From Nitrosomonas europaea (GTDB taxonomy: Bacteria > Pseudomonadota > Gammaproteobacteria > Burkholderiales > Nitrosomonadaceae): a stretch of DNA of 24,675 bases. Below are positions 24,266 through 24,675 of this stretch, one piece after another. Position 1 is the stretch's first letter. Each line of letters begins with the position of its first letter. The notes beneath the pieces were generated by a model. It searched no databases. It was not told where the DNA came from and saw nothing but the letters and a program-made list of their open reading frames with translations. Location: the NCBI RefSeq assembly GCF_900167395.1, contig NZ_FUWK01000040.1:1-24675 (forward strand). Direction: 5' to 3'. Position numbers and translations under genes: made by a program.

Positions 24266-24341
24266 GCAGCCAACGCTGTGCTCTGCGGAAATTTGGGAGC
24301 GGCAGCGAGTAAATTTTCCGTAGCAGCGCCTTGCTAGCTGC
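24266..24341. repeat. 76-nt extended imperfect hairpin, attC-like
   Basis: GCAGC CAA CGCTG .. CT .. CGGAAATTT (16-nt loop) AAATTTTCCG . AG CAGCG .. TTG ... GCTGC. On the minus strand it ends in GTTGGCT, with extra bases on the 5' arm. Confidence 0.45.
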
Positions 24342-24349
24342 TGACACTT

Positions 24350-24675
24350 TCCTATCTGTCCGGTCCCTAGGTCGAATCGACATTTAAAGCCATAAAGTTG
24401 CTGCAGCCAGATGTATGAAGGCGGAGAAGTAAATAGCTTTACGGTCATATCTGGTTGAGAGTCTGCGCCAATGCTTGAGTTTGTTGAATGTGCGCTCAAT
24501 GATATTTCTACATTTATAGATTTCGCGATCATACGTTCTTCGTATTTTGCGGTTTGATCGCGGTGGAATGACAGGCACGGCCTTCATGGAGGCAATGGCG
24601 TCGAGAATATTATCGCTGTCGTAGCCTTTATCCGCCAGAACATGCGAGGGCCTGAACCCGCTGATCAGATCAAGA
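24350..24675 (-). mobile_element. second IS5-family (IS427-group-like) element, partial; continues past the window end; inner end approximate
   Basis: The transposase C-terminus is on the minus strand, with a CTAG at 24367-24370 near the probable terminus. The protein differs from the left-hand IS in the shared region (LADKGYDSDNILDAI vs LADRGYDSNAIVEQA). Confidence 0.7.
24384..24675 (-). CDS. IS5-family transposase, C-terminal part (N-terminus outside the window)
   Basis: The reverse complement reads LDLISGFRPSHVLADKGYDSDNILDAIASMKAVPVIPPRSNRKIRRTYDREIYKCRNIIERTFNKLKHWRRLSTRYDRKAIYFSAFIHLAAATLWL. Confidence 0.8.
   Translation of the reverse strand, partial: LDLISGFRPSHVLADKGYDSDNILDAIASMKAVPVIPPRSNRKIRRTYDREIYKCRNIIERTFNKLKHWRRLSTRYDRKAIYFSAFIHLAAATLWL

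Noticed and set aside
1-24675. The whole window as a composite transposon bounded by the two IS5-family elements
   Set aside because: The two transposases differ in their overlapping region. The interior contains housekeeping genes (apaG, rsmI-like), and no matching termini or target duplications can be seen.
1-24675. CRISPR arrays, tRNA or rRNA genes
   Set aside because: No regularly spaced direct repeats with unique spacers, and no cloverleaf-like or rRNA-like sequence, were seen on either strand.

Overview
This is a 24.7-kb proteobacterial chromosomal segment, possibly beta-proteobacterial or Nitrosomonas-like (inference only). It is bracketed by two different partial IS5-family elements and falls into three blocks. 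Block 1 (about 0.6-5.2 kb) is a plus-oriented run of small unrelated ORFs. Each is followed by an imperfect-palindromic attC-like site (RYYYAAC ... GTTRRRY), with the upstream stop codon inside the first box and the next ATG 6-12 nt after the last box. This looks like an integron-type gene-cassette array with no integrase in the window. One attC is split by an IS630-family element. The cargo includes a C39-like peptidase, a hypoxanthine/uracil-DNA-glycosylase-like protein and a stbDE/relBE-type TA pair. Block 2 (5.2-20.1 kb) starts with a PP-loop ATPase, followed by a nonulosonic-acid (sialic-acid-like) glycan locus. That locus has a CMP-sugar synthetase, Gfo/Idh/MocA and SDR oxidoreductases, a 749-aa CBS-NeuB-SAF-TIM-barrel fusion, two distantly paralogous transferase-like proteins and a two-HKD PLD-family protein. 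Block 2 ends with an rsmI-like methylase, apaG, a secreted S8 protease with tandem Ig-like repeats, and a PEP-CTERM protein behind a sigma-54-type promoter. Block 3 (20.1-24.3 kb) is an island of four type II TA pairs (parE/phd, mazF/RHH, vapBC, a second stbDE), an IS3 relic, and several short repeat families. These repeats look like attC ends and orphan promoter-operator copies, mostly in the opposite orientation to block 1. All functional calls come from motif recognition by eye; no searches were run.
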